Positions 15,805 to 23,819 of a stretch of 32,000 nucleotides of DNA are shown here, in pieces (the stretch's first letter is position 1; every line of letters starts with the position of its first letter). Origin of the DNA: Telmatocola sphagniphila (GTDB lineage: Bacteria; Planctomycetota; Planctomycetia; Gemmatales; Gemmataceae). The position numbers and the translations under genes were made by a program. Location of the stretch: contig NZ_CP074694.1 in NCBI RefSeq assembly GCF_018398935.1, positions 240,001-272,000 on the forward strand, written 5' to 3'. The notes beneath the pieces were generated by a model. The model ran no database searches and was not told the origin of the DNA. It was given only the letters and a program-made list of their open reading frames with translations.

Positions 15805-17505
15805 GTGGCAGCCAAGCAATTGACTTACTCGGATGAAGCCCGCCAGAAATTACTGGCTGGCGTTTCAAAATTGGCCAAAGCCGTGCGATCCACGCTCGGG
15901 CCTCGCGGTCGAAATGCCGTGCTGGATAAAGGTTGGGGCTCGCCGACCGTGACCAAGGACGGCGTCAGTGTCGCTGAAGACATTGAACTGAGTGATCCTT
16001 ACGAAAACATGGGGGCTCAGCTCGTAAAAGAAGCCGCTTCTAAAACCTCGGATGTGGCTGGTGACGGCACCACTACGGCGACCGTTCTAGCAGAATTCAT
16101 CTATCGAGAAGGTTTGAAGGCGATTGCCGCCGGTCACGACCCGATGGGTGTTTCCCGCGGTATCCAAAAGGGTGTGGATGCTGTGGTCGAAGAACTGAAG
16201 GCCATGGCTCAGAAAATTGACGCCAACAGCGAAAAAGAAATTACGGAAGTGGCGAGCATCGCCGCCAACAACGATAAAGAAATCGGCGCCAAGCTGGCTC
16301 ATGCCATGAAACTGGTCGGTGCGACCAACGGCGTGATCACCGTTGAAGAAGGCAAGACTCCCGAAACCGAAGTTATCGTTGTTCAGGGTATGCAGTTCGA
16401 CCGGGGTTATCTCTCGCCGCACTTCGTCAACAATCAGGAATCGGTTACCTGCGAATTCGAAAATCCTTACATCCTGATCTTCGAAGACAAGATTTCCAAC
16501 GTTAAAGACCTGGTACCTATTCTGGAAGCGGTTTCCAAGAAGAAAGAACCGTTGGTTATCATCGCCGAAGACGTCGAAGGCGAAGCATTGGCTACGCTCG
16601 TGCTGAATAAGCTCAAGGGCATTCTGCAGGTTGTGGCCGTGAAGGCTCCGGGCTACGGCGATCGTCGTAAGGAAATGCTGCAGGATATCGCAACCCTCAC
16701 GGGTGGAAAAGCGATCTTCAAGGATCTGGGAATTCAACTCCAGAACGTCAAGATCGAAGACCTCGGCCGAGCCAAGAAGGTCAAGATCGACAGTGAAAAC
16801 ACTACGATCACCGAAGGCGCAGGCGAAAAGAAGGCGATCGACGGTCGCGCAGAAATGATTCGTAAGCAGATCAAAGTGACCGAAAGCGAATACGATCGTG
16901 AAAAGCTGCAGGAACGGCTGGCGAAACTCGCCGGTGGTGTTGCTCAGCTGAAGGTCGGCGGGGCAACTGAAACGGCCATGAAAGAACGCAAGGCACTGTA
17001 CGAAGACAGCTTGCACGCAACACGCGCTGCGTTGGCCGAAGGAACGGTTCCCGGCGGTGGTGTGGCTCTTTTGAATGCTCGCAAGGCTCTCGACAAGATC
17101 AAGCTGACGGGCGACGAAGAAGTTGGGGCCCGCACTTTGTTCCGCGCTCTCGAAATGCCGACCCGCATGATTGCCGAAAACGCTGGCAAGGACGGCACGG
17201 TTGTGGTTTCCCACATCCTTCGTAAGAACGATGCAAACTGGGGTTACAACGCTGATACCGACAAGTATGAAGATATGCGAAAAGCGGGTGTGATCGATCC
17301 GGTCAAGGTGACCCGCAGCGCTCTCCAGAACGGGGCTAGCGTAGCTTGCCTGCTGCTGACTACCGAAAGCTGCATTGCCGATATTCCGGAACCCAAGGGT
17401 GAAGGTGGCGGTGATCATCATGGCGGTCATGGTGGCATGGACGGCATGGGTGGTATGGGCGGAATGGGTGGCATGGGCGGAATGCCCGGCATGGGAATGA
17501 TGTAA
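15805..17505 (+). CDS. groEL: Chaperonin GroEL, paralog 1 (His/Gly/Met-rich C-terminal tail)
   Basis: 566 aa. GTG start preceded by AAGAGGAG. Reads [17 protein letters not shown]...[11 protein letters not shown]...[10 protein letters not shown]...[12 protein letters not shown]. The tail is [33 protein letters not shown]. Confidence 0.95.
   Translation: MAAKQLTYSDEARQKLLAGVSKLAKAVRSTLGPRGRNAVLDKGWGSPTVTKDGVSVAEDIELSDPYENMGAQLVKEAASKTSDVAGDGTTTATVLAEFIYREGLKAIAAGHDPMGVSRGIQKGVDAVVEELKAMAQKIDANSEKEITEVASIAANNDKEIGAKLAHAMKLVGATNGVITVEEGKTPETEVIVVQGMQFDRGYLSPHFVNNQESVTCEFENPYILIFEDKISNVKDLVPILEAVSKKKEPLVIIAEDVEGEALATLVLNKLKGILQVVAVKAPGYGDRRKEMLQDIATLTGGKAIFKDLGIQLQNVKIEDLGRAKKVKIDSENTTITEGAGEKKAIDGRAEMIRKQIKVTESEYDREKLQERLAKLAGGVAQLKVGGATETAMKERKALYEDSLHATRAALAEGTVPGGGVALLNARKALDKIKLTGDEEVGARTLFRALEMPTRMIAENAGKDGTVVVSHILRKNDANWGYNADTDKYEDMRKAGVIDPVKVTRSALQNGASVACLLLTTESCIADIPEPKGEGGGDHHGGHGGMDGMGGMGGMGGMGGMPGMGMM
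17431..17502 (+). repeat. Coding GGM tandem repeat (GroEL1 C-terminal tail)
   Basis: ggtggcatg/ggcggaatg units encoding [24 protein letters not shown]. Confidence 0.9.
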
Positions 17506-17578
17506 TCCAGCAGGCCTGCCGGTTTTCCGCAGGCCCTTCTCAACGCTTAATCGCACGAAATAATTTGGAGATATGGGA

Positions 17579-17872
17579 ATGTCCGTGAATCTGAAACCTC
17601 TCGACGATCGAATCGTAGTTGAACCTCTGGAAGCGGAAGAAAAGACGGCGGGCGGCATTCTGCTCCCCGATACCGCTAAGCAGAAGCCGCAGCGTGGCAA
17701 AATCGTAGCCGCTGGTCCGGGCAAGCTGTCCGAAACTGGCAGCCGACTGGCTCTGGCTGTGAAGGTTGGCGATGAAGTTCTGTACGGCAAGTACAGCGGC
17801 AGCGAAGTCGAAGTGGGCGGCAAGGAATTCAAGATTCTCCGCGAAGGCGATATCCTCGCCAAGTTGGCCTAA
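17579..17872 (+). CDS. groES: Co-chaperonin GroES
   Basis: [48 protein letters not shown]. The GGAG at 17566-17569 favours ATG 17579 over the ORF-track ATG at 17573. Confidence 0.95.
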   Translation: MSVNLKPLDDRIVVEPLEAEEKTAGGILLPDTAKQKPQRGKIVAAGPGKLSETGSRLALAVKVGDEVLYGKYSGSEVEVGGKEFKILREGDILAKLA

Positions 17873-17884
17873 TTCGCATCGGGC

Positions 17885-17907
17885 ACGAGGAAGCCAGCCT
17901 TCCTCGT
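17885..17907 (+). other. Stem-loop just after groES (possible attenuator, partial terminator or processing site)
   Basis: ACGAGGAAG (17885-17893) / CTTCCTCGT (17899-17907): 9-bp perfect stem with loop CCAGC. It is followed by AAATTGTT, so there is no strong U-tract. Confidence 0.35.
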
Positions 17908-18046
17908 AAATTGTTGGTTCAACGTTCCGGATACTCTTGGCAGGCAGGTTGAGTCAATCGTCAAAGTGGATGATTACCAGGAATCTTCCTGCGGGGAAGT
18001 TCCGGATTTGAAATAAACGAAACCTCGAAAACAACGGAAATAAATC

Positions 18047-19675
18047 ATGGCAAAGCAACTCCTTTATACCGACGAAGCTCGCAAGAAGCTTTTGAGCGGC
18101 GCTGAAAAGCTGGCTCATGCGGTGGGCGTTACGCTCGGCCCAACAGGCCGCAACGTGATCATCGATAAGTCGTTCGGCGGCCCCACCGTCACCAAGGACG
18201 GCGTGACAGTCTCCAAGGAAATTGAACTTCAGGATCCATTCGAAAACATGGGCGCCAAGCTCGTGAATGCTGTCGCTCAGAAGACTAGCGACATTGCAGG
18301 GGACGGTACCACCACCGCCACTATCCTGGGCCTGGCCATCTATCAGGAAGGCCTCAGAAACATCACCGCCGGTGCCAATCCCATGGCTATAAAGCGCGGT
18401 ATCGATAAGGCCGTTGAAGAAGTCGTCAAAAACCTGAATGACAAGCTCACCCGCAAGCTGACCAGCAAGGAAGAAATGCAGCATGTGGCTGCTATTTCCG
18501 CCAACAACGACCCGGCAATCGGTAAATTGATGGCAGATGCATTCGAGAAGGTGGGCAAAGACGGCGTCATCACCGTTGAAGAAGGCAAGACCAGCGAAAC
18601 AACTCTGGAATTTGTCGAAGGCATGCAGTTCGACAAGGGTTACATCAGCCCTTACTTTGCTGTGAACACTCCCGATCTGAAAGTGGAATTCGAAGACGCT
18701 TTAATTCTCATCTACGAGAAGAAGCTTTCGAACGTCCGCGACATGCTGCCTTTGCTGCAAAAGGTGGCGGAAACCCGCAAGCCGTTCCTGATCATCGCGG
18801 AAGATGTTGAAAGCGAAGCTTTGGCTGTTCTGGTTGTGAACAAGCTGCAGGCTGGCTTCCCGGTTTGTGCCGTAAAGGCTCCCGGCTTCGGCGACCGTCG
18901 CAAAGCGATGCTCGCGGATATCGCCACGCTGACCGGCGGTACCTTCATCAGTGAAGATCTGGGTATCAAGCTCGAAAACGTGACCGTGGATCAACTGGGC
19001 CGCGCCAAACGCGTGATCGTCGAAAAAGAAGGCACCACGATCATCGATGGGCTCGGCAATAAGAAGGCTCTGGAAGACCGAATCAAACAGATTCGCACTC
19101 AGATGAGCCAGACGGAAAGCGAATACGACAAGGAAAAGTTCAGCGAACGCCTGGCCAAGCTGACGGGTGGTGTTGCTATCGTTCGTGTCGGTGGGGCCAC
19201 CGAAGCCGAAATGAAGCAGACCAAGGGCCGCGTGGAAGACGCACTGCACGCAACTCGTGCCGCGGTCGCCGAAGGTATCGTTCCGGGCGGCGGAACGGCG
19301 CTGCTCCGTAGCGTAGTGGTGGCCGAGAAGGTTGCAGAATCGCTGAAGGGCGACGAGCGGCTGGGGGCAGAAATCGTGGCTCGGGCCATGACCAAGCCCA
19401 TTCGCACGATTGCGGAAAACGGCGGCAAGGACGGAGCCGTGGTCGCCGATGAGGTGCTGTTCCAAGGGGGCGACAACTTGAACATCGGCTTCAACGCCAA
19501 CACGGGCGAATACGTCGATATGTTCAAGGCCGGTATTGTCGATCCCACCCGCGTGACCCGTAGTGCATTGCAAAATGCCGCGAGCATTGCCGGTCTGATG
19601 TTGACAACCGAAGTTATGATTACGAAGATCGATGAAGACGATAAGAAGAGCCGCGTTCTGGGCGCTGTCGTCTAA
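18047..19675 (+). CDS. groEL: Chaperonin GroEL, paralog 2 (no GGM tail)
   Basis: 542 aa. Reads [16 protein letters not shown]...[11 protein letters not shown]...[10 protein letters not shown]...[12 protein letters not shown]. Ends ...[18 protein letters not shown]. Confidence 0.95.
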   Translation: MAKQLLYTDEARKKLLSGAEKLAHAVGVTLGPTGRNVIIDKSFGGPTVTKDGVTVSKEIELQDPFENMGAKLVNAVAQKTSDIAGDGTTTATILGLAIYQEGLRNITAGANPMAIKRGIDKAVEEVVKNLNDKLTRKLTSKEEMQHVAAISANNDPAIGKLMADAFEKVGKDGVITVEEGKTSETTLEFVEGMQFDKGYISPYFAVNTPDLKVEFEDALILIYEKKLSNVRDMLPLLQKVAETRKPFLIIAEDVESEALAVLVVNKLQAGFPVCAVKAPGFGDRRKAMLADIATLTGGTFISEDLGIKLENVTVDQLGRAKRVIVEKEGTTIIDGLGNKKALEDRIKQIRTQMSQTESEYDKEKFSERLAKLTGGVAIVRVGGATEAEMKQTKGRVEDALHATRAAVAEGIVPGGGTALLRSVVVAEKVAESLKGDERLGAEIVARAMTKPIRTIAENGGKDGAVVADEVLFQGGDNLNIGFNANTGEYVDMFKAGIVDPTRVTRSALQNAASIAGLMLTTEVMITKIDEDDKKSRVLGAVV

Positions 19676-19692
19676 TCGAACTTTTCGGAAAA

Positions 19693-19788
19693 CCGCAGAG
19701 CACGCAGTGAACGCCGGGTAGGTTACCCATAAACCAAGTTAATTGGTTTTGTTTTAAACCTCATTCGCGTCTATTGCGTGCTTTGCGG
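19693..19788 (+). other. Structured intergenic element between groEL2 and dnaJ (long-range stem enclosing two hairpins)
   Basis: CCGCAGAGCACGCA (19693-19706) pairs with TGCGTGCTTTGCGG (19775-19788): 14 bp including one G:U. Inner hairpins are GGGTA-ggt-TACCC (19716-19728) and AAACCAA-gttaa-TTGGTTT (19731-19749), the latter followed by TTTTGTTTT. Confidence 0.35.
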
Positions 19789-19815
19789 TTAAATCGTTCT
19801 TATTTTGAGATATCC

Positions 19816-20949
19816 ATGGCCGGTAAACGCGATTATTACGAAGTACTCGGCGTTACGCGAGAAGCCTCGACGGAAATAATCGTCAAGGCCTACCGTAAGC
19901 TTGCACGCGAGTACCATCCCGATCGTAATATCGGTAACAAAGACGCCGAGCACAAGTTCAAGGAAGTCAACGAGGCCCACGAAGTCCTCTCCAACGACGA
20001 GAAACGCGCTGTTTACGACCGTTATGGTCACAGTGGCCTCGAAGGCGGCATGGGGGGAGCGGGCTTTGGAGGTTTCGGAGGCGGTGCCGGTGATGTCTTC
20101 TCCGATCTGATCAACGGATTTTTCGGAGGTGGACAGCAGCGCCGACGCGGACCGCAGGAAGGTCGGGATATCCAGATGGTACTGGATGTCACTCTGCGGG
20201 AAGCGGCGAAGGGCATCAAGAAAGATGTCGTCATTCCGCGCTTGGAAACCTGTGTCGATTGCCGGGGCGCCGGCACGAAAACGGGCAAGAAAGTCCAGTG
20301 TCGAAACTGCGGAGGAAAAGGGGAAGTCTACCTAAGCCACGGCTTCTTCCAGGTCCGTCAGGCCTGTCGATCCTGCAACGGCAGCGGTTCGACAATCAGC
20401 GATCCCTGTCCCAGCTGTCGCGGTCAGGGCAAAGTTGAGGAAAAACGCAAACTCGAAGTGAATATTCCCGCCGGAGTCGACACGGGTGTCCGACTTCAGC
20501 TGCGGGGTGAAGGCGAAGCCGGCGATCCCGGGGCGGTTCGGGGCGACCTGGAAATCGTCATCCGAGTGGGAGAAGATCCGGATTTCAAACGAGACGGTAA
20601 CCACCTGATAACGGTTGTACCCATCACCTACAGCCAGGCCGCGCTGGGAGCTTCGATTGAGATACCCACCTTGCTGGGTAAAACGATGCTTGAGATTCCC
20701 CGCGGTACACAAACCCACACAGAACTTCGCGTAAGCGGCGAGGGAATGCCCAGTCTGCGCGGCAACCGCAAGGGAGACCTGCGAGTTCTCGCCATTGTGG
20801 AAACTCCCACGAAGCTCACCCCGCGTCACGAAGAACTGCTTCGCGAGCTGGCGGGAATCGAACAGAAGCATGTTTCCCCCGAGCGGAAAACATTTTTCGA
20901 CAAACTCAAAGGATTCTTCGGCAACGAAGAGAAAAAAGACGAAGACTAA
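19816..20949 (+). CDS. dnaJ: Type I Hsp40 co-chaperone DnaJ
   Basis: J domain RDYYEVLGV...HPDRN, a G/F region, and four CxxCxGxG zinc motifs ([32 protein letters not shown]). The ORF-track start at 19774 is a non-ATG upstream extension. Confidence 0.95.
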   Translation: MAGKRDYYEVLGVTREASTEIIVKAYRKLAREYHPDRNIGNKDAEHKFKEVNEAHEVLSNDEKRAVYDRYGHSGLEGGMGGAGFGGFGGGAGDVFSDLINGFFGGGQQRRRGPQEGRDIQMVLDVTLREAAKGIKKDVVIPRLETCVDCRGAGTKTGKKVQCRNCGGKGEVYLSHGFFQVRQACRSCNGSGSTISDPCPSCRGQGKVEEKRKLEVNIPAGVDTGVRLQLRGEGEAGDPGAVRGDLEIVIRVGEDPDFKRDGNHLITVVPITYSQAALGASIEIPTLLGKTMLEIPRGTQTHTELRVSGEGMPSLRGNRKGDLRVLAIVETPTKLTPRHEELLRELAGIEQKHVSPERKTFFDKLKGFFGNEEKKDED

Positions 20950-21023
20950 CGATCTTAGATCCGGTCAGCGACCGAGGGCCCAACAGTTGAGGTGCGGATC
21001 TTGCGATCGAGAGGATATCAGGA

Positions 21024-21578
21024 ATGGCAAAGGAAGAAACGAAGTCACCGCAGGTCGAAGTTCCTCCTGAGGAGAACGCGACTACTCCGGAAGTGACCGA
21101 AATGAAAAACCGGCTGGAAAAAGCAGAGCAGCAGAATATCGAACTGCTTCGAACGCTTGCTGAATTTCAAAATACCCGCAAGCGGGAGGCCCGCGATCTG
21201 GAAATCGAACGAAAGTTCTCCCACTCCAAACTGGCGAACGATCTCTTACCGGCGTTGGATAACCTGGAGCGGGCCCTGGGCGCCGCCCGGCAGGCCGGCG
21301 ATAAGAGTCCGCTCGTGATGGGAGTCATGGCCACGCAGATGCAGATTCTGGATATCCTTCGTCGACATGGGATTACACCCATCGAAGCGCAGGGACAGAG
21401 TTTCGATGCCAATTTCCATCAGGCCGTGACGACTCGGCAAACCGCGGATATCCCGGCCAATCACGTCCTGGAAGTTCTCCAAAAGGGCTTCATGATTCAC
21501 GATCGCGTCCTACGTCCGGCCAGCGTCGTGGTCGCCCAAATGCCTACCGTTCCCGTTGAAAAGAATGGAGGAGAATGA
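21024..21578 (+). CDS. grpE: Nucleotide exchange factor GrpE
   Basis: 184 aa. LRTLAEFQNTRKR (GrpE AEFeNyRKR motif) and C-terminal beta domain ...GFMIHDRVLRPASVVV. Confidence 0.9.
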   Translation: MAKEETKSPQVEVPPEENATTPEVTEMKNRLEKAEQQNIELLRTLAEFQNTRKREARDLEIERKFSHSKLANDLLPALDNLERALGAARQAGDKSPLVMGVMATQMQILDILRRHGITPIEAQGQSFDANFHQAVTTRQTADIPANHVLEVLQKGFMIHDRVLRPASVVVAQMPTVPVEKNGGE

Positions 21579-21581
21579 GTC

Positions 21582-21887
21582 ATGCCAACTTACGATTACG
21601 TCTGTGATGCCTGCGGTCATAAATTTGAGGAATTTCAGTCCTTCAGTGCGGAGCCATTGAAGGACTGCCCGAGCTGTTCCAAACCTTCGCTGCGCCGATT
21701 GTTTGGAACCGGGGCCGCAATTTTGTTCAAAGGATCGGGCTTCTACGAAACCGACTACCGGAGCGATTCCTATAAAACGGCGGCCAAGACCGATTCCGAC
21801 ACGGCTAAGCCCACGAGCACGCCGGCCCCGGCAACTCCGACACCAGCGCCCGCTCCCAAGACTGATTCCGCATCATCCGGTTCCTGA
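21582..21887 (+). CDS. FmdB-family CxxC zinc-ribbon protein with a Pro/Thr/Ala-rich tail
   Basis: MPTYDYVCDACGHKFEEFQSFSAEPLKDCPSCS...FKGSGFYETDY matches the small putative-regulatory zinc-ribbon family. The start is 3 nt after the grpE stop with GGAGGAG upstream. Confidence 0.75.
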   Translation: MPTYDYVCDACGHKFEEFQSFSAEPLKDCPSCSKPSLRRLFGTGAAILFKGSGFYETDYRSDSYKTAAKTDSDTAKPTSTPAPATPTPAPAPKTDSASSGS

Positions 21888-21899
21888 TTTTGCGATGCA

Positions 21900-22091
21900 A
21901 TGATGGCTAAACAGATCTGCGAAATTTGCGAAAAACCAATGCCTGGCCCTCCATCCGAATGGCCGGACTTTCCATTTTGTTCCCCGCGCTGTCGGAAAAT
22001 CGATCTGGGTCGCTGGCTGGGTGAAAAGTACAAAATCGCTTCGAAACAAAACGAGGATCAATCCTCCGATGAGGACTTGGAGGAAGATTGA
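21900..22091 (+). CDS. yacG: YacG-like zinc-binding protein (DNA gyrase inhibitor family)
   Basis: 63 aa. CEICEKP...PFCSPRCRKIDLGRWL is the YacG signature. Acidic tail. Start at ATG 21900 or 21903. Confidence 0.7.
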   Translation: MMAKQICEICEKPMPGPPSEWPDFPFCSPRCRKIDLGRWLGEKYKIASKQNEDQSSDEDLEED

Positions 22092-22106
22092 ACTCCCGAT
22101 TGTCGC

Positions 22107-22982
22107 TTAAGAATTCGAGATCGCGCTGCCGATCCAGAGAATCGCTATCCCATTTCCATTCGAATCCTGAAATTGTCTGGTTCCTTTTTTCTCTTCGTCC
22201 TTCGGTTCCGGTTCGGACAGATTCGGATCATTCACCGAGGGAAACGAGACTTGAGGTGTGATCACTTTTTCCTGCTTCCGGGTCTTGGTAAATAGTACTG
22301 GCATTATCAGTAGCGTAATCACCAGCCAGAGACAGCAGGCAATGCTGATGGCGTGGCCCAGGGCATAGTTCATCACCAGCCAGAGCGATAGCGTCCAGAT
22401 CAGGAAGTGACCGAAGTTCAGCAACAATACGTAGATAACCTTGAGGGTACCGGGGCGATTGACTCGGCCGATCATGGTATCGTCGATATAGCGTTTGCCG
22501 CCTTCTTCCCGGTATTGGATTTCCCCCGGCGGGAAGTTGCCGTTCTTGTCGAGTTTGGTGATGAATCGGACTGGCTTATCCTTTTCCGTAACAATCAAAG
22601 CGAAGATCGCCCCTTCCGCATCGGCCTTCCGAAACGGCTGATTTTGATCGTTCATGTAAACCATCTTCGTTCCGACCGACCGGCGGGTGTACCGAATCGT
22701 CTTCTCCTCTTCGCCAACCTTCTTAACGGCATCGACCACATCGAAATCTTCGGTGTCGTAAGAGGAGAAACTGAAGAGGGTGTCGTAGCGACCGGGATTT
22801 TTCGTGTCGATCCAGCACCAGAGAGTCAGAAAACCGCCGGCCAGAAGCGCCGTGACAAAAGACCGCAGTGGCATTTTGTCCGCCGGTACACTGTAGAGCC
22901 AGGATTGCAGTACCATCGAACCGATATAAGCCAGAACGGCGATAGAGGTGATAATTAAAGCGGCAATGAGCAAAAGATTCAC
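22107..22982 (-). CDS. Orphan integral membrane protein (2 TM, ~130 aa soluble loop, 3 TM)
   Basis: ORF open from GTG 23009. The GTG at 22980-22982 has GAGGAA 6 nt upstream and gives MNLLLIAALIITSIAVLAY. No recognisable family motif. Confidence 0.55.
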   Translation of the reverse strand: MNLLLIAALIITSIAVLAYIGSMVLQSWLYSVPADKMPLRSFVTALLAGGFLTLWCWIDTKNPGRYDTLFSFSSYDTEDFDVVDAVKKVGEEEKTIRYTRRSVGTKMVYMNDQNQPFRKADAEGAIFALIVTEKDKPVRFITKLDKNGNFPPGEIQYREEGGKRYIDDTMIGRVNRPGTLKVIYVLLLNFGHFLIWTLSLWLVMNYALGHAISIACCLWLVITLLIMPVLFTKTRKQEKVITPQVSFPSVNDPNLSEPEPKDEEKKGTRQFQDSNGNGIAILWIGSAISNS

Positions 22983-23057
22983 GGTGTTTCCTCGATAGGT
23001 TGCAATCACCCGCTGGGACGAGTACTTAAGTCAGGCTAGAAATCCCAGTCGTTTAGT

Positions 23058-23807
23058 CTACGCCAGACGGTCGAGATCTCGCAAGCGCCGATCCGCATCA
23101 AAAGTCGGGGCGGGCAGTTGCTCGGCCAGCCGAACCGAATCCTCGGGCGAAAGATTCGCTTTGGCAATTCCGGTCCCCCGAAAGATCGGTAACTTCTTCT
23201 TCATGGCGATGATCTCCCGGCGGGTTCGTCCCCGCGGAGCATCCGGCCAGCGACCAATTCGTTCCTGAAAATCAAAAAACATCGGTACGACTTCCCGGAT
23301 GTACTTCCAGTAGCCGGGATTATCGGTCTGAATGACAAACATCCCACCCGGAATCAGGGAACGGTGCACCAGAGCCAGAAAGGAAGGCGTGATGAGCCTT
23401 CGGTGCACCACCTTGGCATCGTAGTAGGGCTGCGGGTGATAGCAGTGAATCTCCGCGATGGAATGCTCGGGAATATATTTTGCTAGAAGCTCGTGGGCTC
23501 CGCCGACAGCGAACCGGAGATTCGATAGCCCCCTTTGATTACCGCGCCTACGTGCATAGCGAATGACCACCGGCAGCGTATCGATCCCTAGATGATCGAA
23601 TTCCGGCTTGGCCACCGCACTTTGAATGCTGAATCGACCGTTACCGCAACCGAGGTCGAGTATAACGGGGGCTTCCCGGCCGAAGAGATCCTTCCAGACC
23701 AACGGTCCCGATTCTGGCATCTTCTTGAGGGCCGTTTGTACCCACTTGGAGGGCTCCAGGATTTCCCCGGCGAAAGCGACTCCGAATTCCCGTTCAATTC
23801 TTTTCAT
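23058..23807 (-). CDS. trmB: tRNA (guanine-N7)-methyltransferase TrmB-like SAM-dependent methyltransferase
   Basis: 249 aa. SAM motif ILDLGCGNGRF and HPQPYYDAKVVHRRLI, corresponding to the TrmB FPDPWxKxRHxKRR region. Confidence 0.7.
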   Translation of the reverse strand: MKRIEREFGVAFAGEILEPSKWVQTALKKMPESGPLVWKDLFGREAPVILDLGCGNGRFSIQSAVAKPEFDHLGIDTLPVVIRYARRRGNQRGLSNLRFAVGGAHELLAKYIPEHSIAEIHCYHPQPYYDAKVVHRRLITPSFLALVHRSLIPGGMFVIQTDNPGYWKYIREVVPMFFDFQERIGRWPDAPRGRTRREIIAMKKKLPIFRGTGIAKANLSPEDSVRLAEQLPAPTFDADRRLRDLDRLA

Positions 23808-23819
23808 GGACGCGAATGC

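Noticed and set aside
17510-17535. GCAGGCCTGC palindrome and the GGCCTGC/GCAGGCC hairpin directly after the groEL1 stop, considered as a terminator.
   Set aside because: It is a 7-bp stem with a 9-nt loop and no following U-tract (CTTCTCAACG). groES starts about 45 nt later, so complete termination is unlikely. At most it is an mRNA-stabilising hairpin.
16087-17862. 591-aa minus-strand ORF spanning groES and most of groEL1, with similar long antisense ORFs at 18701-19573 and 19099-19587 opposite groEL2.
   Set aside because: These are shadow ORFs. They lie exactly opposite genes with unmistakable GroEL/GroES sequence. Their translations are low-complexity (Arg/Ser/Ala/Phe-rich) with no motifs, and there is no SD. 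Stop-poor antisense frames are expected opposite codon-biased genes.
17978-18003. The GAAnnTTC-type inverted repeats upstream of groEL2, and TTCttGAAgaGAA at 15728-15740 upstream of groEL1, resemble eukaryotic HSF heat-shock elements.
   Set aside because: Bacteria have no HSF, the spacing is irregular (1-2 nt), and the motifs are short. The resemblance is most likely coincidental. The repeats are kept only as generic inverted repeats in the spacer finding.
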